Below are positions 27,504 through 57,708 of a stretch of 64,000 bases of DNA, piece by piece. Under the pieces are notes generated by a model that ran no database searches, was not told the origin of the DNA, and worked only from the letters and a program-made list of their open reading frames with translations. Location of the stretch: NCBI GenBank assembly GCA_964247055.1, contig OZ176059.1, forward strand, positions 2,480,001 through 2,544,000. The letters run 5' to 3'. Numbering within the stretch: the first letter of the stretch is position 1; each line of letters opens with the position of its first letter. Position numbers and translations under genes: made by a program. Source of the stretch: Paragordius varius (lineage: Eukaryota > Animalia > Nematomorpha).

Positions 27504-27797
27504 AATATATATTTCATTTACAGTGTTTAAATTCACCCTTGAATAATTTGAATTTACCCTAAAATAAATGAGGTTAAGATTAAAAATGACCTTTTTTTCG
27601 TTAATATTTTTAAAATGTGAAATTCTGTTAAAAATTAATATAATGCTAAAAAAATAATAAACTATGTCGTAAAAATATATTTCATATTAATGATGAATTA
27701 TATTAGTTGCCCGAAAATACATAATTAGTTTTAGGGTGAATTCGAATTGTTCTAGGGGGAGTTTGAATTGTAAATGGTATAAAAGAGTCAATTTAAG

Positions 27798-27839
<42 letters not shown>

Positions 27840-28251
27840 TATCATTCAAAAGCAACAAAGCTTTATTATTTTAGCGTAAAACTTTTAAAAACAAATCCAA
27901 TCTTTTTTACTCAACAACAAATTTTTCATATAATATTAATATCATTCAAAGACAACTTATTATTCTCTCAAAAGCAACATGTTTTTTCATTTACAGTGTG
28001 AGGGTAAAAATACATTGCCAGTTTTTCAAAAGAACATTTACAGTAAAAGGTAAAACCATCTGTTAAAAGCCCTATAAATGATTTTTACTATAAATTCTAT
28101 CTGCCAATATTGAATGAATTGCTTAGAAACACCCACCTTATACAAAAATGAACTATAAAATGTAAGTTTTTTTGAATTAAAAATATTTTTTTACATAATA
28201 ATTTGAACAAAAAAGTGTTGTTTTTATTAAAAAAACTTTATATATGAAAAA

Positions 28252-28293
<42 letters not shown>

Positions 28294-30338
28294 ACCCAGT
28301 TTTGCGCTCAGTTGTTAATTAATTATATATTTAATATTTATTGTTACCAATGTAATAAATTATTATAAGTAAAAATTATCTGAACATATTGTTAATATTT
28401 ACAATCCAATCATACCGAGATGAATCTTACTTAATTACACACTCTAATTATATTATATTTATACCCTTTATCAATTTTTTTCATTTCTATATCATAAATT
28501 ACTTTTATTTACAATCAATTTATAAACGCATAAAATAAATAACTACGGATAAAATTTACTAGTTTTTCGTTTTCGTTTGTACGTTTAAAATAAATAATGC
28601 ATATTTTTAATTGCGCCCAATAAATACTTTTAAAGGATATACAAATGTAACGCCTTACTTTTTTACGGTATTTTTGTACCCCCTGAGCAATTTATAATTC
28701 GAATATATTAATAGATATTTTGATATTGAGCCAAATTCAAACATATGAATTGGGCGCTTTTTAAGCACATGATTATAAAAAACTTTTTAAATGCAAAATC
28801 GTAAAAAAATTTCTCCTCAAGCTTTCCGCCAATTTAATATTGAATTTACAGGGCTCAGAACCGGAACCAGCAGGTTTAATTTTTGTTTTCTTAAAAAACC
28901 AGCCCGGTTCCGAATCCACTTCGAGAATAAATGGTTTGAGTAGGTTTTTAGTTTTAAAAATTAAAATTTATAAATGCAATTATTGTTTAAATTTAATTTT
29001 ATGATGACATATTTTCTGGTCGTCCCATCAAAATGGAATAACTACATCATAATGAAAAAATTTGTTTTTTATAATTTTTTTCAAAAATATTATCATATGA
29101 TAATATTTTTTCTCAATACCCCATAACGGAATACCATGTCGACAATTTTTTTCTGAGTATGAATCTTTAAAACTTGAAGAGAACCACAGACATAATTATT
29201 TATATAATTTTTTTAATTTATATATTAAACGTTTAGCCAATTAATGAAGCAAACATCTGGTAAATAAGCATAAACTATATCGGCATAACTTAGGAAAAGC
29301 TAAGATAGGATATCAAGATTATGCCTTTTTACTTACCTTTGTACCTATACATTTGGCTTAATATTTCTAAAATATACCATTTACGGTTTAAATTTACCCT
29401 CAAACAATTCCAATCACCCTAAAATATTACCTCTAATTTATAATATTTTTTAAATATGATATTTTGTTTAAAATTAATATAATACTCAAAAAATAATATA
29501 TGCCATTAGAATATATTTCTTTTTAATTATGAGTTATATTAGTCCGACACGTAATTCATTTTTAGGGTGATTTTGAATTGTTCGAGGGTGAATTTGATTT
29601 GTAAATGGTATATAACGTTTTTGATATATATTATTATAATAAAAAGGTTGTATAACATTTATTTAGCGTATCAGAAGCTAAAATGGAACCGGGGTCAGTC
29701 CAAGAACCGTTCGTTTCCCATTTCTTATTTTTTGACACAATTTGAAGTCTGAGGATTTTATTAATCATCAAAAAACAGGAAAAAAATGTAAATAAGCTTT
29801 TAAAATAAATTTCAACACCAATTTTGATATATTTATTGATTTTAAAATCAGCTGTTTGTTTTGATTGGATTTCGATAGCTTAATTTTGGACTAACTCGAA
29901 GAAATTAAGGTTTTTTTTATTAAATACAGTAAAAAAAATTGATAATTCAATTTAAACCAAAACAACATCTATAATAAGAGTTTATTTAAAAGTTTGCTCT
30001 GGGGTGCAAAACCGTCCCAAAATGTTCTTCACAAAATAAGGAAAAGGTAATTAAGTATCAGGCAAAGATACCACAAAAAGTCAAATGCTAAATTTAGAAC
30101 ATTCTTTAATCAATATTAAACACCATTGAATTACACTGCCCAATGAAATTGAATTACACTGCCCAAAAAACCGGGAATATAAAAAAATATCCTGAAGAAA
30201 TATATATATATTATGATAAATAAATGTATCTGGATTCTCATGGTGATTTTGTTAAAGCTAACGAGTGATATTAGAAAAGTTATTTGCACTTTTGTGGTAA
30301 TTGCTCCATATACAATAATTAGCGAACATTATAGCTAA

Positions 30339-33110
30339 CTCTTCGATTCAAATTGGGGCAATTAGTGACCCAAGACCATATTTAAATTGATATTATCAAA
30401 AGAATATTTAACGGGAAGAATTTAAATTTATGCTATTATCCTAATAAAATTTACATAAGCCAAAATATTTAGAGAAAATATATATAAGAAAAAATATTTC
30501 CATATCAAAGCTAGATGCAATATTTATTTTACAGCATTTTTTTCAAAATATCGTGTTTTTCATTTAAAAAACAAAATTTAAATATTTATCAAATCAAATC
30601 CAACATTATTATGAATAAAGTGGTTTTTTAATCATTTTTATATTTAGCTACTCACTAACTAAAATTGCAGTTTCAGGTTTATCCACAAAATAAATTATAT
30701 CAAGCTTTTTAGAATGAATTATTTTTATTTTTCGGTGCATCAATGTACCCCAATGCGAATCGAAGCACTAAAATGAGTGTGTTCATTCATGTTCCAAAAA
30801 TCATTTAAATTAGTAAAATGTATTTATAAAAAAACATTCTATAATACTTTAATTTTTAGGTGTGAGCTCCGAAAGTTCTGAATTTTTCGCCCTTTTTAAA
30901 TGAATTAATTCTACTACATTAACAAAAGGCTAAGATTGCGTCTTGGATTCAAATATATGCTAAATTTTTATATAAAAAAAAATTTTCTGAAAAAAATAAA
31001 TTTTCTACCTAAAAATTTAACCTCTTTATAATATTTTGTCGCTTATAGAAACATTATAAAAAGGCTTAAAAATAATCAAAAGCACTTTTTCTATATAATT
31101 CAATCATGAACAATTCCATCACCTCATTTAGATTTAAGGCTAATTTTAAATTCAATTTTTATGGAAAATATTGTTTATATTAACACTTAAATACAACACA
31201 TTCCACCCTTTGTTGGGGTAGTTGGATCCCCCAGGGCTGTTTAAAATTAAATAATTCATAAAATATGGAATGAATTTAAACCATGGCAAAAATTTGCACA
31301 TTTTTATCATTAATGAACTGAAGTATATAAAAAATTCATTTAATCATTTTTAGGAAAAACCTCAAGGCAAAATTAGTCAACATGATATGTGTGTATTATC
31401 TAAATTAAAAAATAATACAAAAAACCACTTTTTCTGTTTCTATCAACGTTAAATGTGATTTAAATGAAATATTAGCTTTCACTTTAGCCTTAAAATCAAA
31501 TAAACACACTATTTTGCAAAAATGTTTTAAAATTAAAATGGCGCGATGTGGTTTGACATGGAACTTTTTCAACCAAATTTTATTTAGATATTTCGGCTTA
31601 ATTATATTATTTTTATTAGATAGAAGCATAAATTTTAATTGGGACCTTTTCTTTCAATAATTTTTTAAAAATTTCACTTAAATATAGTCTGGGGCATATA
31701 CACCAATTTGAATCGAAGTAAATATAATTTTTAAAACGGACATCAAGGGTTGTTTATTGATTTAAATATGTGTTGTTGGTTTAAAATCGTGTTTGGAGTT
31801 AGAAGAAACTCTAAATTTTAAAAATAAGAATTTTATGTTTTTTTTAATCCAAAACGATAAGTAATAAATTTATCCTGGTAAAATATAAATATTCTGATAG
31901 GAAAATGTATCAGGATTATCATGTGCTATTGGTTTAAGCCCTTATGACATAAGAATGTTAGAAATTTTGTAACAATTGGACCATATCAAAAAAGGGATAA
32001 TTTGCGCACATTTTGTTACAATATTTTTTTACTGAAACCATAACACTTCGTTTCGAAATGGGGTATCTACAGACCCCAGAATATATAAGATATTTACAAA
32101 ATACTAAAAGAGACGGTTCAGATGTAATTTTATGCTGACTCAATAAAATTTTATAAATAAGTCATATATTTAAAAAAAATAGTTTTGAAAAAAATTTTCC
32201 ATATCAAACTACATCGACGCTATTTGATTTTAAGACATTTTTGCAAAATATAGTGTTTATTTGATTCTAACGCTAAAATCATAGCTATTTATAATACATC
32301 TAGCATCAAAATTGGTTCATTTTGCATTTTTATTAGCTGTGAACATATATCATGTTAACTAAATTTTCACCTTAGCCTAAAATAAGTAAATCAAGTTTTT
32401 TCAAAATATCTTTTTTAATCATTGTTTTATAAGTGCAAACTTTGGCATGGTTTTACAGGTGGGGCCCCCAAAGATCCCAATTCGAATTGAAGTACTGTAA
32501 AATATGGAAGGAATTGAAACCATGGCATTTTGCACTTATATAACATTAATAAACCGAAATATATAAAAAATTTTATTCAAAAATACTTGATATCACTTAT
32601 TTTAAGCTAAAACCGAAAGGGGAAAATTTAGTCACCGTGACATGCGTGCAATAATGAAATTAAAAATAATACAAAATAAACAGCTTTTTCTGTTTCTCTC
32701 AATGTTAGATGTAATTTAAATAAAAAATTAGCTTTGATTTTACCAAGACGATATTTTGCAAAAATTTTATAAAATAAAAATGGCGTAGAAGTAGTATGAC
32801 ATGGAACTTTTTTTAAAACAAAATTTATTTGGATTTTGGCATATTTATATAACTTTTATTAAAATAAAAGCATAAATCTAAATTAAGACCGTTTCCTTCA
32901 GTAGTTTAAAATCCTAACTCAAATTTAGTCTGGGGTATTTAGATACCCCTATTTGAATCGAAGTGTTAAACTAAATTTTATATAGATAATTAGCTTATAA
33001 ATATAATTTTATTATGATAGAAGCATATTATTGGAAGTTCTTTCAGCAGTTTTCTAAAAGTTTAAACTTAAATTTTATCTGGGGAATTTTAATACCCCAA
33101 TTATAGAAAT
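30339..33110. mobile_element. Cluster of family-D piggyBac-like MITE copies
   Basis: Copies at about 30339-30790 (reverse), 31184-31720 (forward, TTAA|CACTT start), 32044-32500 (reverse) abutting 32501-32965 (forward, ends GAATCGAAGTG|TTAA), and a fragment at about 32990-33110. A further fragment lies at about 8430-8612. Confidence 0.75.
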
Positions 33111-33995
33111 TAAAAGAACTAGCCTATTTTAAAAGAGCGAAAGATTTTTGGATTTCAGTAGCCCACATTTTTTAAATTAATTTTTGTTATAAATGTTATT
33201 TTGGCTTTTATATGTGGATGATATATTTTAGTAAAATGTTTTGGCAGCATTTAGCTTTCACAAAGTTATATTTAAAATGTATAGACATTTTTCCTTTTCT
33301 GATATGGACCACTAACCACAAAGGAACTTTCTTAATTCGAAAGGGCCAAAACAAAGCACCATAAAAATTCTAATTCATTTTTGATCCTAATATAGATTTA
33401 ATCAGGTTATTATTTTTGACCCTCGAGTATTATATCCGAATCATAAGTTCCAAAGAAAAATTAGATGACTTAAAAAATATATAGATAAAAATTCAGATGC
33501 AACAGAATTTTTTTGAATACAAAGATATAAAAAATCACACAAAAAATTTTTAATCAATAGTTTAAGCATTAAAAAATTAACACTAATTCAGGGCCAAAAA
33601 AATATTTATTCAGCTGCCCCGTGAGCAATTTAAGTGCTACTGCTTTATATTATCACATTTTTAAACCGTGTTTTAGGATATTATTCAAAACCATATAACC
33701 AATTATTTATGTTATTACATAAGCAGCAAAAGTTTCAATATATTTCCAAAGACTAAATAAAAAGCACACATTTTTACTAATTAAAATTTTGATCAACTAT
33801 ATGGTATAATAATTTAATATATATTACGGCTCTTTTTTACGTACTATATAAAATAAATTATGTTCAACTTTGCATTTTTCTAAATAAAATATTTTTATCG
33901 TGTAAAAATTAATTGTATAATTTGTATCCACCATGCGCTCATTCAACTGTATTTTTTAAATTTTTTTTCGCCCCACGAAATCTTTTGTGAATTAG

Positions 33996-51550
<17,555 letters not shown>

Positions 51551-52277
51551 AAAAAGCTATTTTATATGCCAGCGCGTGTTTGATAAATCTTTATGTATTT
51601 ATTGTTTTTTACTATAACCGCTTCCACATTATCGTTTTTAAATCTTTTTTTCTACCACAAAACATTTAACAACCTATTTTCATTATTGTTAGAAAGTGAT
51701 GTATATTAATATTCTCAGCACTTCTTTGTTAACATGATGTATCATTTATATTTAATTTTTGGATTTTATGATATATATATTTGAGGATATTACTGAAATG
51801 TGATAATAAACTGCATTTGTGAGAATAATTGTATCATTTACCATTTTTAATCATATATATATTTATTATTCAAACTTTATACTTTATCATATATTTTTAC
51901 TACTTATTTGTCCATTCGTCCCTGTATTTTCCATTATTAGTAATCTCAATCATAAAATATCATGCATTTGTTGAAACTTACCATGTATTAATTTATACTT
52001 TTACGGCACTTATATATATATATATATATAATATATATAATCATATTTTGTCAATTATTGATATTATAATGATAATAATCATTGGAATATTTATTCTTTA
52101 AGTTATTTGTTTGTTGTTTTGTAAAAAAAATTATTATCACAAATTTTCTATCCACATCTTATACGCATTTGTATCATCGTATTTTATATTTTAAATTAAG
52201 TTTTTTACATTTTATTACTACATAACATATGAATAAATTTTTTGTTTTCCCAAAGCAAAAATATCTTAATATTAAGG

Positions 52278-53382
52278 TAATGTGACCAGATATTTATAAC
52301 CCTGACGCAGTACAAAATTAAATACTTTGCCTATTTTTTGCTTAAAAGCTCATTAGAAACAATTAAAAATATCCAACAAATAAATTTATTTTTCAATCAG
52401 CGATTGGACCCGGACCGTTTTAGTTTTGGTCCAGTACCATTCGATTTTGGCCTAAATTTTTGGATTTTATTCCAATTCTATTTTTGAGTTTAATATAAAC
52501 AATTTATGAGTGATAAAAGCCAAAAACGAACAAATAATACCAATAAATGAAAAATTTATAATTAAATATTAAATTTGTTGTAACGCCTCATAAAACGCAA
52601 AGGCACGGAAAAGAAAATTAAAAGAAAAGAATTGGTAAAAAATATTTGTTATGTGTGTGTGTGTGTCAAAATTAAAAGTCTATAATTTGTTTAGGTAAAA
52701 ATAAATGAATAAGAAAATTGTCTAAAAATTAAAGTTGAGGGAAGTCAAAAATTAAGAAATATCATTCCCACCTTATGAGAAATTAAAACCTAAAATATTA
52801 ATTTTCTTACGAAAAAAAGGTTATATTTAAATTATAAGCTAAATATAATGAATTTTAAGAATAATATACGGAATTAATTTTAAAATATTTTAATAATTAT
52901 AATTAAAGTAAACTCAAACAAAATTTTATTATACTGAAACATATATGAAACAAAAATGAATTTACAAAACTTGATCAAATTACTAAAATATAAATTTATT
53001 TTGTATTTATTTTAAATTTAAAATCGCTTTTGCGGAAGCCCGGAGTGAAAGGGCCATTAGCCTAAATCTAAAGTCTGATATTTATAGTTCCGGCACTGCC
53101 CGAATGGCTGCCTTCTTAAGCGATTTGACCGGTTAAAAAAACAATTCCATGTATATGCAGAAAATTAAAAAAGGCTATACTTTTTTACCGCAAAAAGAAC
53201 CATTATTTTAACAAAGAGTACTCTATCAAATTCTACAAAAAAATTTCTTTAAATAAAAGGTAATTAAGACATATAAAAAAATTTAATTCAAAAAGCAGTA
53301 CAAAAGTCAGCGCAGTACAGGCGCGGTTTTTTTTCGAAAACCCAGTACTGTACTGCGAAAAACAGCCTATCTGGTCACTTTA
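52278..53382. mobile_element. Non-autonomous hAT-like element, copy 2 (Blackjack-like termini)
   Basis: 15-bp TIR with one mismatch (TAATGTGACCAGATA / TATCTGGTCACTTTA) and 8-bp TSD TATTAAGG at 52270-52277 and 53383-53390. Confidence 0.85.
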
Positions 53383-53789
53383 TATTAAGGGAAATTTTGA
53401 GATGATTAATGATGGATTCGAAGTGTTTAGGAGTTCATTGGTGTTTTTCCAGTATAAATATAAACTAGGGTAAAGTGGAATTGTTTTAGGTTGATTATGT
53501 GTTTATCGTCTTCAAATATAGATAATATTGTTATCAAAAAATATGCATTTGATTAAAATTGGGTGATTTTTATATTTCATATTTTTGTAAAAAAATTATC
53601 AATTGATGGTAAGCTTTGTTGAAAACGAAATAAGAGCTTGGTTTTTTTTAAGATATTTGTAATTGATTTGTGATAAATTTACATTAAATAAAAACCATGA
53701 TGCTCATAAGCCATAATATATCATGATTATAACAACCATCCCTTGGCTAGAGCAAAAATATATGTAAGCCACTTAAATTTTAATTTATT

Positions 53790-54350
53790 ACTGTAAAAAT
53801 TAAAATTATACGGACACGTAACAATATAAGGACAAATAATTGTTCCCAAAGAGAACCATACTTTTTCAAACCTTAAGTTTTCCTATATACAGCTTTTTTA
53901 CAATTGAAAAATACAGAATTGATTGTGTTACAAATTATATCTCTATTTCAAACTTTGTCATTTTATAAAATTAGGGTAAAAATTGAATTATACGGACAAA
54001 CGTAAAAATATAAAGACAAATATTTTTTTCTAAAATACGACTATACGTTTTAAGTCTTAATTTTTTTAAATATAACTGATTGTTTTAAACTGCAAAATAT
54101 AAAAAAGAAATCTAAATTGGTAGCACATTTCGTAGTTTACGATTGTAATTAAATATTTTTTATAGCAAAAATTAAGGTTTAAAAAGTATAGAGTTGTCTT
54201 TTGAAAAAAAATATTTGTCTTTATATTTTTACGTATTGACCGTATAATATCAGTTTTTACTGTAAGGTTGAAAAAGTATGGCTATCTTTTAGAAGAAAAT
54301 ATTTGTCTTTATATTTTTACGTTTTGCCCGTATAATTTCATTTTTTACTG
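53790..54350. mobile_element. Family-C Tc1/mariner-like MITE (long TIRs, TA target) with a nested copy at 53974-54262; many other copies in the window
   Basis: TIR consensus CAGTAAAAATTGAAATTATACGGACAAAACGTAAAAATATAAAGACAAATATT..CCATACTTTTTAAACC. Other copies or fragments at about 1-280, 4312-4510, 14760-15170, 15348-15655, 22560-22640, 26560-26790, 44706-44950, 48228-48520. Confidence 0.8.
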
Positions 54351-55943
54351 TAAATGTCAAATAATTTAAATTTAGAAAATAGCAAATAATATTGTCATTT
54401 GATATTTTATGTAATTTTTTGAGGGACTTTTTATTTGCAATAAATTTAAATGCCATATATAACAATAAAAAATATATTTGCTTAAAAACGCTATTCCTAT
54501 GGTGGCATATCATGTATAGAGTGATACCCTACCTAGCAGCTTTTTTTTAACGTTAGAGGAAAATAAATTAACTATGATTAAATCCATATCATAACTTTGG
54601 CGATAAACTTTAAAACCATGATATATTTATATCATGGCGAATGACATTTCTTGGAGCCTTAATGAGGGATTATATATATAGATGCACGGAATAAAAAATT
54701 GTAAAATAATGATAGTCACATAACTTTCACGAAAATCAGCTTTTATAATGTAATACTCAGCGGCCAATTGAAAAGCGCCGGGCTAAAATTTTCGTTTTTA
54801 TAGTGGAAATGCTCATATGTTGTACGAAAATTGGGTTCAAAGTCACGTTTATTCTATGGGCTGGTGCATTTTACAGATAGAAAACCTGACCCGGCGACTA
54901 ATTTAATAAAAAAGCATGATATAATTTATGCCTTGGTGTGGGAAACACTTTAAACCATGATATTGTTATTGGGTTTAATAAATTTGGATAAAATTAGCCT
55001 TAAAACACTTTTGTTATAAGATGGCTCATTCAAGAAAAGGTGGTGCTCTGTGGGTTAATAGAAAGACAGCGCCGGAGTTATATTATCCCCTAAACAAGAC
55101 TAAAATGAATTTATGGCTTTATAGGATATTTAAAAAATGTATATCCGCGCATTTGTAAATGATTTAAAATTTTCACTTGGGAATTTGAATGGGATAACAT
55201 ATTTTCTGGAAAATGGTTTAATATTCTACATATTATTATTTTAAATATTGATTAGAATTTTTGGCACATTTATATTAAAAACGGACATTTTTTTATCATA
55301 CTAAGAAATAGGGCCTCTACAAAATGGAAAACGTCAGAAAAAATATTGATAAAAACGAAAGAAACACCATATTTCCCAATTTATGCTATATAAAAAATTA
55401 TTAATAAATTGCATTTGTAATTATATATGTGCTATCATATTTCGTTTAAACTATATCATGTTTATATATGTCAAGATTGAATGCATTAAAATTTCAGATT
55501 TTAACTTATAGTAGTTACATAATCTCTTCAATGCTGAAAAATACACCTTTAATCAATTAATATTTATGAAGTGAAATTATTATCGAAATTAACTGTTACT
55601 AAAAGTTTATGTCGTCCGGCGCTTTTTTTAAATAAAATTTGTTATTCAAAATAATGACCTGAAAAAAATACGGTTTCGGTAATGCGTTATAGCCATTTTA
55701 AATCATTGTTAAATTTTCAGATTTAGAATTGGAACCTTTTCGTAATCAGAAAAACTTTGAATTTGAAAGGAAAATCAAATGGGCCAAAATTTGGGGAATT
55801 GATTATTATTAAGTAGGATAACTAATTTCAAAGTCATAACAGTTTTAAAAGAGTTACATAAACACCATAATCACATAATTGGTAATTATATCTCTACAAA
55901 CTAACTAACGCCTTTTATGAAAGCAATTTATTAGAAGAAGATA

Positions 55944-55982
<39 letters not shown>

Positions 55983-57056
55983 ATAATAATATGAAATAAA
56001 GGTGAATGCATGTAAAAAAGCAGGATTAAAATATTATTCAATTTGAATAACTCTATGTATGTGTGACTAAGCAAAATAAGGTAAAGGATGATGAATAAAT
56101 ATGAAAAAAAATAATTTAAACGTTATATTTTATATAAACATTATTATCACATAGATTTTTTTCATTAGAATGCTTTTTTTTAAGATATTGTGTTTAATAT
56201 CACTTGTAAAATATATGTTGTAATCATATGAGAATAATTAATGGAAATCGAGAGTAAATCTTAAAGGGAAAAAAATAATTTTATAATATCTTTACTAATA
56301 AATTTGCAAGATGCGATTTTTTAAATAGAAACTTAAAATCATTTTTGCCAAATATAAAATAAAAAAATTAGTGTGAAGATAAGTATGTGACGACTAGTTT
56401 CCAATGAATCTAAAAATTTTAATAAACGGTTTGAAAAAAAAACTGAAATTTATATTAAACGATTTCAATGATAATTGAATGAGATTATATTGCAAATAAT
56501 AAGATTGAAAAAAAAAGATAAATTTAATTATTGATGACAACGGTATTTAAAAATATCCGAAAAAGTTCGAGTAAAACAAAAAAGGTTCGTTGGCGTTAAC
56601 ACATTAAATGAATTGAAAATATTTAGTAAAAATGTTTTTGTTTAAAAAAAACTCCAAAAAAATGTAAAATTTTAACCGATCAAAGCAATAATAAAAAAAT
56701 TTCATCAAATTCAACAAGCGTTTGAAAACAAACATTGTGATTGTTGAGTATTAGGAAAGAAAGTAAGTTCTAATAATGTATAAATAAAAGGGGAAAAGAG
56801 GACACCTCACGGATTGTAAATGAATAAATACAGTAAAGAGAAGTATTATTGGTTGAAAAGATCTATTAATTGGTGAAAAGAAGTAAAATTAAGGTAAAAA
56901 TGTATTAATTGGACAAAAAACCTACAATTTTACATATTTCCCCTATGCACGGATTAAAAAGACCCCTGTCACCAATAAAATTGCTCTTTAGTGTGTACAT
57001 GGAAAAAACAGTGCAAAACACAAATAATAATTAAACATAACAATTTGTAACAAAAA

Positions 57057-57104
<48 letters not shown>

Positions 57105-57661
57105 AATTAGCAGTTGGTTTTAAAAGGTGTTTGGACGTATTTTTTTAAAAAAAAAACAAAAATTAACAAATTTTCCCTTCGACAATCTCATCAAATATCA
57201 AATAAGCAAGCAGCATGGTGTTAAATAATGATTGTGCAGTTTTTAATATTCATATATGTAATATGGGTAAAAAATAAGGGTATAAAAATTAATAATATAA
57301 TTGAAAAAAGTGATTATGTCGCCAGCTTTAAGATTTTCAAGTTCGTAAAAAAAGTCGAATAATTTATAAAAATAAGCATTTGGAGAGCAATAGAGTTTAT
57401 ATATATAAAGTGTGTGTGTGTGTTGGATAGAGATATGGTGTTTTGATTTTGTAGTCGGAAAAATGCAGTTTTAGCCAATTTTTTACCTGTAATTTAAATT
57501 CAAAATTAATATATATATAATATATATCAACGCACAATTCTTATAATAAGTTCATCATTATTTTAACGTAAAAAAGTTTGGCGTTTTTCCTCTCACAAAC
57601 AATGCAAAAAATGTGTTTCTTTAATTGTAAAGAGCATATCATAAAGCATAAATGTCTAAGA

Positions 57662-57700
<39 letters not shown>

Positions 57701-57708
57701 ATGAAAAA

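Noticed and set aside
28850-29720. AACCGG/CCGGTT-rich patches resembling hAT subterminal repeats
   Set aside because: No matching second TIR or TSD found.
33925-33962. CCACCATG-initiated 8-codon upstream ORF before Smad
   Set aside because: The transcription start and 5' UTR splicing are unknown, and it may be intronic; unsupported.
54500-55100. GC-richer patch with recurring AAACCATGATAT motifs between Smad and SLC6
   Set aside because: No ORF, termini or second copy that I could define; left unannotated.
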